Shown in pieces: positions 48,484 through 58,314 of a stretch of DNA of 64,000 nt. The stretch spans positions 16,722-80,721 of the IMG/VR virus record IMGVR_UViG_3300037189_002988. One strand, 5' to 3'. The translations under genes were made by a program, and so were the position numbers. Below the pieces are notes generated by a model that saw only the letters and a list, made by a program, of their open reading frames with translations, had not been told where the DNA came from and did no database searches. This DNA comes from a virus. Position 1 is the first letter of the stretch. Each line of letters opens with the position of its first letter.

Positions 48484-51400
48484 TTGAATTACGTTCCACT
48501 ACACGTTCATACACACTATTCATTAATGGATGGTGTTGCAACTCCAGAAGAGTATTGCAAGCGTGCAAAAGAAAACGGTATGACAGCCATAGCCATTACA
48601 GATCATGGTGCACTATCTGGACACCGTCCAATGTATCGTGCAGCAAAAGCCGAGGGTATAAAGCCAATTCTTGGCATAGAAGGCTATATTACTCATGATA
48701 GATTTGATAGAAGAGATAAGGCAGAAAGAGGAGATAATCCTCTAGACTTAGTTTATAACCATATTGTTATTCTTGCAAAGAATCAGCAAGGTTTAGAAAA
48801 TCTAAATAGATTAAATGAAATAGGTTGGACAGAAGGATTCTATAAAAAACCTAGAATTGATTTTGAAGTATTAGAAAAGCACAAAGAGGGTTTGATTGTT
48901 TTATCAGCCTGTATGTCTGGACTTATTGCAAAAGCATTAGAACACAAAGAGTATGCAGAGGCCAAAAGATTATTAAAGTGGTTTAAAGATGTATTTAAAG
49001 ATGATTTTTATGTAGAGGTAATGCCACATAACTCAAAAGAATTAAACAACGAATTATTAGAAATTGCAGATAGTATGGAGATTAAGTCAGTTGTTACCCC
49101 AGATTGTCATCATTCTACTGTTGATCAAAAAGTTGTACAAGAAATTATGCTTCTTTTAAATACACATGCAAAGTTAGATAGGGAAGCAAAGTTTGAGAAA
49201 TCTCAAAAGATAGATGATATGATGAAGCGTCTTGACTATCTATACGGTGCAGATAGACCTATGTCATTTAGATCATTTGATATTCACTTGCTTTCATATG
49301 AAGAAATGAAGCAACAGATGAATATGCAGGGTATAAAGAGAGAAGATATCTATACTAATTCACTAGAGATAGCAGATAAGATAGAAGAATATGATGTTAA
49401 ATCTGGATTAGATTTATTACCTACAAAAGTAGAAAACCCACAAGAATCTTTAAAAGAATTAGTATTTAAAGGTTTGGTTAACAAAGGACTTGCACATAAT
49501 GATGAGTATCTAGATAGAGCATTAGAAGAGTTAAATATCATTGAACAAAAGAATTTTGCTCCATACTTTTTAATTGTAAGTAACATGCTTAATTGGGCTA
49601 AAGAACAAAACATTCTTGTTGGTCCAGGTCGTGGATCTGCAGCAGGATCTTTAGTTTGCTACGCACTTGGAATTACAGATGTTGATCCAATTGAACATGG
49701 ACTACTATTTTTTAGATTTGTTAATCCAGAACGTAACGACTTTCCAGATATCGACTCAGACATTGCAGATTCAAGACGTGATGAAGTAAAAACATATCTT
49801 GAAGAAGAATATAAGAATGTTGCATCAATTGCTACATTTTTAGAGTTTAGAGGAAAAGGAATTGTAAGAGATGTTTCTAGAGCATTTAATATACCACTAT
49901 CTGATGTAAATAAAGTATTAAAGACTGTAGATGATTGGGATGACTTTACATCAAGTAAGTCTGCACAATGGTTTAGATTAAAGTACCCAGAAGTAGTTAA
50001 ATATGGAGAACAGTTACGTGGTCGTATTCGTGGTACTGGCATCCATGCTGCTGGTGTAGTTACTGCAAAAGATTCTATTTTTAAATACGCACCTATGGAA
50101 ACAAGATTAGCACCTGGAACAAAAGACAGAATTCCAGTAGTAGCAGTTGATATGAATGAAGCAGCAGATATTGGATTGATTAAACTAGATGTTCTTGGAT
50201 TAAAAACATTAACAGTAATTGATGAAACAATTAAAACAATTAAGAAGCGTCATAAAATAGATATTGTATTAAATGATATTGATCTTAATGATAAAAAAGT
50301 TTATGAAATGCTTTCTGATGGAAGAACTAAAGGTGTGTTTCAGTGTGAAGCAACTCCATATACAAATCTTCTAGTTAAAATGGGTGTAAGCAATCTTGAT
50401 GAACTTGCTGCCTCTAATGCATTAGTTCGTCCAGGTGCTATGAATACAATTGGAAAACTTTATCTTGCAAGAAAACATGGAAAAGCAATTACTGAATATA
50501 TTCATCCAATTATGCAAGAGTTTACTATGGATACATACGGATGTGTTTTATATCAAGAACAGGTAATGCAAGCATGTGTTCACCTTGGTGGAATGACAAT
50601 GGCAGAAGCAGATAAGGTGCGTAAAATTATTGGTAAGAAAAAAGATGCAAAAGAATTTGATGAGTTTAAAGATAGATTCGTTGTTGGTGCATCAAAGCAT
50701 ATTACACCTTTCAAAGCAGAAGGGTTGTGGCATGACTTTGAAGCACATGCTGGCTACTCATTTAATAAGTCACACGCTGTTGCATACTCAATGCTTTCCT
50801 ACTGGACGGCTTGGTTAAAGTACTACTACCCAATTGAATTTATGTATTGCTTATTAAAGAATGAACAAGACAAAGATGCGAGAACAGAATACTTGATTGA
50901 AGCAAAAAGAATGGGAATATCAGTTAAACTACCACACGTTAATGAATCAGATTCTGATTTTACAATTGAAGGCAAAGGTATTAGAATGGGATTGTCATCG
51001 ATAAAATGGATTTCTGAAAATGTTGCAAGCAAGATTATGATTAAAAGACCATACAGGTCTTATCAAGAGTTTAATGCTATTGCTTCAAGAAAAGGAAGCG
51101 GTATAAACAGTAGGGCAGTCCAAGGACTAAATGCTATCGGAGCATTAGCATTTCCTGACAACCCTAGACAGGAAAGTGTTGTAAAAGAAAATCTTTACGA
51201 GTATTTAAATCTTCCAGAATTTACAACAAGCGTTCCGCCACATTATTATGCATATATTGATGACATTGAAGATTTTGATGAACAAGGTGTATTTATTTTA
51301 ATGGGTGTTGTAAAAAATATTAAAAGAGGCAAGGGGTGGTCACGTGTAGAAATTATGGACTCTACAGGGCTGCTTGGTGTGTTTGACGATGAGGAAACAA

Positions 51401-51762
51401 AGATTGAACAAGGAAAAACTTATTTATTCTTAGTTGGTGCCAACAGAATTAGTGAAGCAATTATAATAGATGAAATAAAAAACTTTCCAACAAATAGTTT
51501 AGTTAAGTTTTTAAATTATAAATCTTTACCGTATAGCGGAGAAGAGTATTATGTGCTATCATTTAAGCCAAGAGTTACTAAGGCTGGAAAGAAAATGGCA
51601 CACATGATTGTAGCAAATGCTGATCGTGAAATGAAACCAGTAATAGTTTTCCCTCGACAATTTTCTGAGGGTTATATGAAATGCGAACCAGGAACTGCAA
51701 CCAAAATGATATTTGGCCAGTCAGACGATGGTTCTTTGATACTGAATGAGGTAGTTAAGTAA
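48484..51762 (+). CDS. dnaE: DNA polymerase III alpha subunit
   Basis: PHP domain HVHTHYSLMDG and AITDHG, GPGRGSAAGSLV.Y.LGIT, FPDIDSD, GIHAAGVV, KLDVLGL, YSFNKSHAVAY. Confidence 0.95.
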   Translation: MNYVPLHVHTHYSLMDGVATPEEYCKRAKENGMTAIAITDHGALSGHRPMYRAAKAEGIKPILGIEGYITHDRFDRRDKAERGDNPLDLVYNHIVILAKNQQGLENLNRLNEIGWTEGFYKKPRIDFEVLEKHKEGLIVLSACMSGLIAKALEHKEYAEAKRLLKWFKDVFKDDFYVEVMPHNSKELNNELLEIADSMEIKSVVTPDCHHSTVDQKVVQEIMLLLNTHAKLDREAKFEKSQKIDDMMKRLDYLYGADRPMSFRSFDIHLLSYEEMKQQMNMQGIKREDIYTNSLEIADKIEEYDVKSGLDLLPTKVENPQESLKELVFKGLVNKGLAHNDEYLDRALEELNIIEQKNFAPYFLIVSNMLNWAKEQNILVGPGRGSAAGSLVCYALGITDVDPIEHGLLFFRFVNPERNDFPDIDSDIADSRRDEVKTYLEEEYKNVASIATFLEFRGKGIVRDVSRAFNIPLSDVNKVLKTVDDWDDFTSSKSAQWFRLKYPEVVKYGEQLRGRIRGTGIHAAGVVTAKDSIFKYAPMETRLAPGTKDRIPVVAVDMNEAADIGLIKLDVLGLKTLTVIDETIKTIKKRHKIDIVLNDIDLNDKKVYEMLSDGRTKGVFQCEATPYTNLLVKMGVSNLDELAASNALVRPGAMNTIGKLYLARKHGKAITEYIHPIMQEFTMDTYGCVLYQEQVMQACVHLGGMTMAEADKVRKIIGKKKDAKEFDEFKDRFVVGASKHITPFKAEGLWHDFEAHAGYSFNKSHAVAYSMLSYWTAWLKYYYPIEFMYCLLKNEQDKDARTEYLIEAKRMGISVKLPHVNESDSDFTIEGKGIRMGLSSIKWISENVASKIMIKRPYRSYQEFNAIASRKGSGINSRAVQGLNAIGALAFPDNPRQESVVKENLYEYLNLPEFTTSVPPHYYAYIDDIEDFDEQGVFILMGVVKNIKRGKGWSRVEIMDSTGLLGVFDDEETKIEQGKTYLFLVGANRISEAIIIDEIKNFPTNSLVKFLNYKSLPYSGEEYYVLSFKPRVTKAGKKMAHMIVANADREMKPVIVFPRQFSEGYMKCEPGTATKMIFGQSDDGSLILNEVVK

Positions 51763-52769
51763 TGTCAATACAAATTGAAGAGTTTTTATCACAACTAGAT
51801 CCTAGTTTAAGAAAAAGACTAAGTAATGCAACAGATGTAGAAGTTCACAAGCAAAAGACACCAAGCATAAGTCTTAACAATGCACTTAAAGGTGGATTTG
51901 CCTACGGAAGACAAGTAATGATTTGGGGTAATAAGTCTGCTGGCAAATCATCATTCTGTTTACAAATGATTGGTGAGGCACAAAAAGAAGGAAAACTTTG
52001 TGCATGGATCGATGCGGAGCAGTCTTTTGATCCAGAGTGGGCTAAAAAACTTGGGGTAGACACAGATAAGTTAGTATATTCATCTGCTAAAACTATTAAT
52101 GATATGGTTGATGTTGCTACTCAATTAATGAAAGCAAAGATAGACATTATTATAGTAGATTCAATATCTGCTTTATTGCCTGCAATTTACTTTGAAAAAG
52201 ATTCAGAAGAGTTAAAAGCATTAGAGAATACTAAGCAGATTGGTGCAGAGGCTAAAGATATGACTAATGCAGTTAAGATGCTTAACTATGCAAACAACCA
52301 AGATGGCCAAACATTATTGGTTTTGATATCCCAACTAAGAAATAATATTGGTGCTATGTATGCATCACATATGCCAACAGGGGGGTTAGCAGTTAAATTT
52401 TTCTCAAGTACAGTAGTTAAACTATGGTCAAGTGATTCTGACAATAATGCATTAAAGTCAAAAATTACAGTAGGAGATAAATTAATTGAAGGAAAAGTAG
52501 GTAGGAAAGTTAACTGGCATATTGACTTTAACAAGACTGGTCCAGGATTCCTTGCTGGTGAATACGACTTCTACTTTGAAGGAGATACTATCGGAGTGGA
52601 TAAGGTAGCCGATCTTGTAGACACTGCAGAACTTTTAGGAGTTATTGAAAAGGGTGGTGCTTGGTATACAGTGCTAGGTGAAAGACTGCAAGGTAGAGCA
52701 AAAGTAATTGAATACCTAAAAGAAAATCCAGAGAAACTAAAAGAACTTGAATCAACAATCAACGCCTAA
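51762..52769 (+). CDS. recA: RecA/UvsX-like recombinase
   Basis: GNKSAGKS Walker A, WIDAEQSFD..WA.KLGVD, IIVDSISAL, ISQLR, PTGG.A.KF, GGAWY. Confidence 0.9.
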   Translation: MSIQIEEFLSQLDPSLRKRLSNATDVEVHKQKTPSISLNNALKGGFAYGRQVMIWGNKSAGKSSFCLQMIGEAQKEGKLCAWIDAEQSFDPEWAKKLGVDTDKLVYSSAKTINDMVDVATQLMKAKIDIIIVDSISALLPAIYFEKDSEELKALENTKQIGAEAKDMTNAVKMLNYANNQDGQTLLVLISQLRNNIGAMYASHMPTGGLAVKFFSSTVVKLWSSDSDNNALKSKITVGDKLIEGKVGRKVNWHIDFNKTGPGFLAGEYDFYFEGDTIGVDKVADLVDTAELLGVIEKGGAWYTVLGERLQGRAKVIEYLKENPEKLKELESTINA

Positions 52770-52917
52770 ATATACTTTGTATCCTGGCAAATTTATTTGT
52801 CACACTTGCAAAGAAGAAGTTCCAAAAGCAAGAATGTATGTAGAAACAGGAAATCTTACTTGGATGTGTACTAAAAAGCATATGTCTAAAGTAACTTTTC
52901 CACAGAAGGGATACTGA
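52747..52917 (+). CDS. Small zinc-finger protein (56 aa, absent from the ORF track)
   Basis: Hand-translated from TTG: ..YPGKFICHTCKEEV..LTWMCTKKHMSKV..; fills the gap between recA and 52917. Start codon uncertain. Confidence 0.6.
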   Translation: MNQQSTPKYTLYPGKFICHTCKEEVPKARMYVETGNLTWMCTKKHMSKVTFPQKGY

Positions 52918-53207
52918 TGAGTGAGCGTGGAGAATTAAAGCGTATTGGTGCAAAGCCACACGTTAATTCTGGCAGAGGTCCAGTTAAAGGTGATGGATCA
53001 TTAGATGACTTTGTTATTGATGTAAAAGAATATTCAAAGTCTTATTCAGTAAATCAAGACTCCTGGGCAAAAATTGTGTCAGACACAATGAGGGTAGATA
53101 GAAAAAAGAATCCAGCACTTATGTTAGTACTTGGATCAGGGCATAAAAAGGTAAGACTTGCTATAATTGAGTGGGAAGTATTTGAACAACTAAGAGAGAA
53201 AGAATAA
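52917..53207 (+). CDS. Putative Holliday junction resolvase / PD-(D/E)xK nuclease
   Basis: E......GA....NSG.G..KGD......IDVKE pattern. Confidence 0.6.
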   Translation: MSERGELKRIGAKPHVNSGRGPVKGDGSLDDFVIDVKEYSKSYSVNQDSWAKIVSDTMRVDRKKNPALMLVLGSGHKKVRLAIIEWEVFEQLREKE

Positions 53208-53518
53208 TGGAAACTACAGTAGAATTATTAAATAGGCTAACATCTTTTAATGAGATGTCTGAATATATGAAAGATGAAGAGTTTGAAAAGACTCTTGGAA
53301 TTGTTGCAAAGTTAATAGTAAACCCAGATGTTCCAGCAGCAAAGGCTACATTATTAATTACACAGTTACAAGCCTACTCTGCAAAATTTGCAATGATGGC
53401 TGCATGGTACTCACATGTAAAAAAAGACGATAGGTCAAAGAAAAATATGTATTATGCAATTAGAGAAGCAACAGACAAACTTGTTGATGCACTTAAATAT
53501 AGCGTAAGGAACTTCTAA
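53207..53518 (+). CDS. Hypothetical helical protein
   Basis: Translationally coupled ORF. Confidence 0.55.
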   Translation: METTVELLNRLTSFNEMSEYMKDEEFEKTLGIVAKLIVNPDVPAAKATLLITQLQAYSAKFAMMAAWYSHVKKDDRSKKNMYYAIREATDKLVDALKYSVRNF

Positions 53519-54291
53519 TGACAAAAGGATTAGTTAAAAAAATGGTAAAGAAACAGGAGCCAACACTGGATTTATCAAAGATTGTTGATCATATTCATGA
53601 AGGCCATATAAAAATGCAAGACAGTAAAACTGGCATTATAAAAAAGAAATCATTTAGTCCATCAACTTTAGTTTTTGGCAATGGTCATTGTGCAAGGTAC
53701 TGGTATTTGGCATTTGAAGGTAATGAATGGGAAGAAAAAAATACAGGTATCAACTATGCAAATATGAATACAGGGTCTAGTAGTCACGAAAGAATTCAAG
53801 GTGCACTTGAGGCACAAGGAATATTAGAGTGGAAAGAACAGACAATAGTAAATAATGATCCACCAATTTTTGGATATGCAGATGCTATGGTTAAACTAGA
53901 AGAAAAACTAGTTCTTCTTGAAATTAAAACAACAAAGAATGAAGCATTTGAATACCATAAAGCAAAAGGTACAGCAAGTTCATATCACATAGAGCAACTA
54001 TTAATTTATATGAAAATCTTAAAACAACAAATAGGTGCTATTGTTTATGAAAATAAAAATACTCATGAAATACTAGTAATACCTGTTGTTGCAACTCAAG
54101 ATCATGTTGATTTTATCGAATACTTTTTTGACTGGATGAGAAAAGTTAAAAAAACATTTGATGATAAACAACTTCCAGAAAGAGCATATAGGAAAGATTC
54201 TAAAGTGTGTGCATCTTGTCCTGTAGAAAAAGTATGTGATTCAAGAGAAAAGGGTGTTATTAAGATTGAAAGAAGGAAAGAACTTGAATGA
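53518..54291 (+). CDS. Cas4-like PD-(D/E)xK exonuclease
   Basis: FSPS......C.R..Y, H..IQ, GYAD......LEIKT, QL.IYM, C-terminal C..C.....C Fe-S cysteines. Confidence 0.8.
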   Translation: MTKGLVKKMVKKQEPTLDLSKIVDHIHEGHIKMQDSKTGIIKKKSFSPSTLVFGNGHCARYWYLAFEGNEWEEKNTGINYANMNTGSSSHERIQGALEAQGILEWKEQTIVNNDPPIFGYADAMVKLEEKLVLLEIKTTKNEAFEYHKAKGTASSYHIEQLLIYMKILKQQIGAIVYENKNTHEILVIPVVATQDHVDFIEYFFDWMRKVKKTFDDKQLPERAYRKDSKVCASCPVEKVCDSREKGVIKIERRKELE

Positions 54292-54581
54292 TAAAGCATT
54301 GTCAATGGTGCGATGACTCATTTAACACCGAAAGTAAAAATCAAATTTATTGCTCTAGTAAATGCAGGTCTGAAGCAACTAAACAAAAGATTGTACAAAG
54401 ATATAAAATCACCAAGTCTAAAGAACGAATTGGCAAGGATAGGCTTTGTGCTGGTGGTTGTGGTACCAATCTTAGCATTTATAATGACAATACTTTTTGC
54501 GACACTTGCTTGGTTAATAACAAAAGGGTAGATAGATTTCTAAAAGAGATAAAAGGATTTTTTGATTATGAGCAAAAATAA
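54288..54581 (+). CDS. Cys-rich zinc-finger protein
   Basis: CQWC..YCSSKC..CAGGC..FCDTC. Confidence 0.65.
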   Translation: MIKHCQWCDDSFNTESKNQIYCSSKCRSEATKQKIVQRYKITKSKERIGKDRLCAGGCGTNLSIYNDNTFCDTCLVNNKRVDRFLKEIKGFFDYEQK

Positions 54582-55179
54582 ATTAAGATATATTGGTAAT
54601 CCAAAAACTATCTTAGCAATAGATGCTTCTACAAACTCTATGGCATTTTCTGTTTTTAAAGAAAGACAATTGGTTAAGTTTGGAAAAGTTCATTTCTATG
54701 GAAACCACGTATATGAAAGAACTGGTGATGCTACCAAAAAGGTATCAGCGTTTTTAAAAGACTATGACATTGATGCGATAGTAATTGAATCTGCAATATA
54801 TACGAACTCTCAAAATACTGCAATAACATTGTCTCTTGTACAAGGTGCAATTCTTGGAGCAAGTCAAATGTATCACAGAGCACCAATAGTATCATGCTCT
54901 CCAGTTTCCTGGCAGTCTTGGATTGGAAATGGTAGATTAAAAAAAGAAGAGAAGTTAGCAATAAAAGATCTTTATGGCCCAGATAAGTCATACTCTTTTT
55001 ATAAATCAAAAGAAAGAGAATTTAGAAAAGCAAGAACAATTAAAAAAGTTAATATTGAGTTTAGTTTAGAAGTAGATGATGATGATGTTGCTGACTCAAT
55101 TGCAATCGGCTGGTATGCTTCAGAAAATTGGCATAAGTTAGTTGATCAGCCACATAACCTTGACAAGGGCAAGGGGTAG
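54568..55179 (+). CDS. ruvC: RuvC-like Holliday junction resolvase
   Basis: ILAIDAS, IVIES, L..VQGAI, DDDVADSIAIG. Confidence 0.78.
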   Translation: MSKNKLRYIGNPKTILAIDASTNSMAFSVFKERQLVKFGKVHFYGNHVYERTGDATKKVSAFLKDYDIDAIVIESAIYTNSQNTAITLSLVQGAILGASQMYHRAPIVSCSPVSWQSWIGNGRLKKEEKLAIKDLYGPDKSYSFYKSKEREFRKARTIKKVNIEFSLEVDDDDVADSIAIGWYASENWHKLVDQPHNLDKGKG

Positions 55180-55186
55180 TGATAAA

Positions 55187-55336
55187 ATGAAGTTATATAC
55201 AAGTGAAGCATGGTTAAGAAAAAGGTATTTAGTTGATAAGAAAAGTCCTGAACAAATTGCAAAAGAGTGTGGAGCATCTGTTGAAACTATATACGTATAT
55301 CTTGCCAAGTTTGGTCTTAGAAAGTCAAAGAGGTAA
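55187..55336 (+). CDS. Small HTH DNA-binding protein
   Basis: WLRKRY....KSPEQIAKECGASVETIYVYLAKFGL. Confidence 0.7.
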   Translation: MKLYTSEAWLRKRYLVDKKSPEQIAKECGASVETIYVYLAKFGLRKSKR

Positions 55337-55338
55337 AA

Positions 55339-55674
55339 ATGGCTGAATATCCACATATGAATATTGAAAAACAACTTGAAGATAGAATGAAGTTTGTTCG
55401 AGACATTTCAACGCAAGCACCAGCGGGTAGAAAAATCTTGGATGAATGTCTAGATATAGCAGAATTACTTATCAATAAGAATAACTCATATGGTAGTTCA
55501 TATAGTCATCCTATAAATATATTTAGCAAATCTACCCCAAAAGAACAAATTTATATTCGTATTGATGATAAACTTAATAGAATACATAAAGGTAAAGAAT
55601 ATGCATCTGAAGATACTATTCTAGATCTAATAGGATATCTTGTATTATTAAGGACACTAGACAATGAACGATGA
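55339..55674 (+). CDS. DUF1599-like (nucleotide-modification-associated) protein
   Basis: LL..KN..YG.S, RIDDKLNRI, EDTILDLIGYLVL. Confidence 0.7.
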   Translation: MAEYPHMNIEKQLEDRMKFVRDISTQAPAGRKILDECLDIAELLINKNNSYGSSYSHPINIFSKSTPKEQIYIRIDDKLNRIHKGKEYASEDTILDLIGYLVLLRTLDNER

Positions 55675-56179
55675 TTTAGTCAAACATTTAGACTTGGTTA
55701 ATCAGGTTGCTTCAGAATATTTAAAAGGTTCTGATGCTTCTCAAATATCAAAAGATTTAGATATTCCACGTCAAAAGGTTTTAAATCTATTAAGTGATTG
55801 GCGTTCAATGGTTTCTAATAACCAAGCCATTCATGCACGTGCTAAAGAAGCACTCGCTGGTGCTGATCAACATTACTCATCTTTAATTAAAAAAACATAC
55901 GAAGTTATTGATGCTGCAGATTCTACTGCAAATCTTACAGCAAAGACAACCGCTATCAAACTGATAGCAGATATCGAAAGTAAAAGACTTGAAATGCTAC
56001 AAAAAGCAGGGCTATTAGATAATAAAGAAATAGCAGAACAAATTATTGAAATGGAACGTAAACAAGGTATTCTAATTAATATATTGAAAGAGGTAGCCAC
56101 AAAGTACCCAGAAATACGTGAAGAAATTATGCGTAAACTTTCTGAAGTACAAACTGAGGTGGTAGTAATTGACAATTGA
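55664..56179 (+). CDS. HTH protein, probable terminase small subunit
   Basis: YLKG....QISKDLDIPRQKV HTH plus helical body; overlaps the large terminase start. Confidence 0.6.
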   Translation: MNDDLVKHLDLVNQVASEYLKGSDASQISKDLDIPRQKVLNLLSDWRSMVSNNQAIHARAKEALAGADQHYSSLIKKTYEVIDAADSTANLTAKTTAIKLIADIESKRLEMLQKAGLLDNKEIAEQIIEMERKQGILINILKEVATKYPEIREEIMRKLSEVQTEVVVIDN

Positions 56180-57965
56180 TTTTAGTGACTTTCTAGAAGC
56201 ATTAGATGAAAGTCCATTTGAAGAAATACCAGTAGATGTTAAAACTTTTGTAAGAAGTAAAGACTATCTTAATATGCCAGAACTTTCTGAATATCAATAT
56301 ACACTTGTAGAATGTATGAGTCAAATTTATAAAAAAGAAGATGTTGAAAGATGGCTAGGAAAAGAAAAAGGAAACGAACATTACAAAAAATACACTAAAC
56401 AAGAAGTTATTCTTATGTGTGGAAAAGGTAGTGGTAAAGACCATACTTCTACCATTGGCTGTGCTTATCTTGTCTATAAACTTTTGTGCCTCAAAGATCC
56501 ATCAAGGTATTTTGGAAAACCATCAAATGATGCAATAGACTTGATTAACGTTGCAGTAAACGCACAACAAGCAAAGAACGTATTTTTTAAAGGATTTAAA
56601 TCAAAGATTGAAGGAGCACCTTGGTTTGCTGGAAAATATAAAGAACCAAAGATAGATAGTATTGAGTTTAACAAATCAATAACTGTATACTCTGGACATT
56701 CTGAACGTGAATCTGCAGAAGGTCTAAACTTAATGCTTGCAGTACTTGATGAAATATCTGGTTTTGCAATGGAGGGTGCTGGAGGAAACGATCAAGGAAA
56801 AACTGCTGATAACTTATATAAAGCATTTCGTGGATCTGTGGACTCTCGCTTTCCTGACTATGGAAAAGTTATCCTACTATCATTTCCTAGATTTAAAGGA
56901 GACTTTATCTCTCAAAGATATGAAGATGTTGTTGCAGAAAAAGAAACAATAGTTAGAAATCATGAATTTATAATTAACCCATTGATGTCTGAAGATGACC
57001 CATCTAATAAATTTACAATAGAGTGGGAAGAAGATGCTATCCTATCTTATAAATTCCCTGGAGTATTTGCTCTTCGTAGACCAACTTGGGAAATGAATCC
57101 AACTAGAAAGATTGAAGATTTTAAAATTGCATTCTTTACAGATGCTGCAGATGCACTTATGCGTTTTGCTTGTATGCCAACAGTTTCATCAGATGCATTT
57201 TTTAAATCAAGAGAAAAAGTTGAAAGAGCATTGTCAAATAGAAATCCATTAGACAATAATAGAAGATTTGATTTAACATTTAAACCAAAAGAGGATGTTG
57301 AATATTTTGTTCATGCTGATCTTGCACAAAAACATGACAAATGTGCTGTATCTATTGCACACGTTGACAAGTGGGTAAGTGTTCAGTCTTTTAATAACTA
57401 TGAGCAAATTGTTCCATTTGTTGTTGTTGATGCAATAGCATGGTGGGAACCTAAAAGAGAAGGGCCAGTAGACTTAAGTGAAGTTAAAAACTGGATTATT
57501 GATTTAAGAAGAATGGGATTTAATCTAGGATTAGTCACCTTTGATCGTTGGCAATCATTTGATATTCAACAAGAATTAAAGCAAGTAGGAATTAAAACAG
57601 ATACATTATCTGTTGCTAAAAAACATTATGAAGATTTATCTATGTTAATTTATGAGGATAGGGTGGTTGCCCCACACATTGATATTTTACTTGAAGAAAT
57701 GTTAGAACTAAGAATTATGGGTAATAACAAGGTTGATCATCCTAGAAAAAAGTCTAAAGACTTAGCAGATGCTATGTGCGGCTCTGTATACAATGCAATT
57801 GTCCATGCTCAAAGAGATAGAATGAAAGAGATAGATATTCATACCTGGTCTCGTGGTGGAGTAGATAGAGACACTATAAATGATGATGACGATGACTTTG
57901 GATTTCCAAAAGAAAAAATTAGAGGAAAAATTGGCGACTTTGGCGGGGGGTACAGATTAATATGA
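56169..57965 (+). CDS. Terminase large subunit
   Basis: Walker A GKGSGKD, Walker B AVLDEISGF, LLSFPR, nuclease HADLA..HD, TFDRWQS, KVDHP...SKDLADA. Confidence 0.9.
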   Translation: MTIDFSDFLEALDESPFEEIPVDVKTFVRSKDYLNMPELSEYQYTLVECMSQIYKKEDVERWLGKEKGNEHYKKYTKQEVILMCGKGSGKDHTSTIGCAYLVYKLLCLKDPSRYFGKPSNDAIDLINVAVNAQQAKNVFFKGFKSKIEGAPWFAGKYKEPKIDSIEFNKSITVYSGHSERESAEGLNLMLAVLDEISGFAMEGAGGNDQGKTADNLYKAFRGSVDSRFPDYGKVILLSFPRFKGDFISQRYEDVVAEKETIVRNHEFIINPLMSEDDPSNKFTIEWEEDAILSYKFPGVFALRRPTWEMNPTRKIEDFKIAFFTDAADALMRFACMPTVSSDAFFKSREKVERALSNRNPLDNNRRFDLTFKPKEDVEYFVHADLAQKHDKCAVSIAHVDKWVSVQSFNNYEQIVPFVVVDAIAWWEPKREGPVDLSEVKNWIIDLRRMGFNLGLVTFDRWQSFDIQQELKQVGIKTDTLSVAKKHYEDLSMLIYEDRVVAPHIDILLEEMLELRIMGNNKVDHPRKKSKDLADAMCGSVYNAIVHAQRDRMKEIDIHTWSRGGVDRDTINDDDDDFGFPKEKIRGKIGDFGGGYRLI

Positions 57966-58312
57966 TAGATCCTACTGAAGAAGAATATAATGAACTAATG
58001 GCAAAACTATTAGAAATGGGTGTTTTAGAATTAACTGGGTATGACTCTATATCTGGACAATTTACATATAATATAACTCCTAAATGCGAAGAGTTGCTTC
58101 CTGAGTTATGGGAAGAGCATTTTAAATTTGTCAATGAACTAGCCTTTAAAATGTGGGACAAAGGTTTGATAGAGATGTCGTTTGATAAAGATGGAACCCC
58201 TATGGTAATGCTAAAGCCAGAAACTGTGACAATTAAAGATACTCTTCCAGATGAAGAAAGATTCTTTATAGAAAACATGATTAACAAGCATAACAAAGAT
58301 GGTATACTTTAG
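57962..58312 (+). CDS. Hypothetical protein
   Basis: Acidic 116-aa ORF overlapping the terminase stop. Confidence 0.55.
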   Translation: MIDPTEEEYNELMAKLLEMGVLELTGYDSISGQFTYNITPKCEELLPELWEEHFKFVNELAFKMWDKGLIEMSFDKDGTPMVMLKPETVTIKDTLPDEERFFIENMINKHNKDGIL

Positions 58313-58314
58313 AT

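Noticed and set aside
53518-54291. Cas4-like gene as evidence of a CRISPR-Cas system
   Set aside because: No cas1/cas2 or array nearby. Stand-alone Cas4-like nucleases are common in phage recombination modules.
16442-57965. Inteins or introns in RNR, DnaB, DnaE, RecA or terminase
   Set aside because: Lengths are normal, motifs are contiguous, and no intein ends or homing endonuclease motifs were seen.
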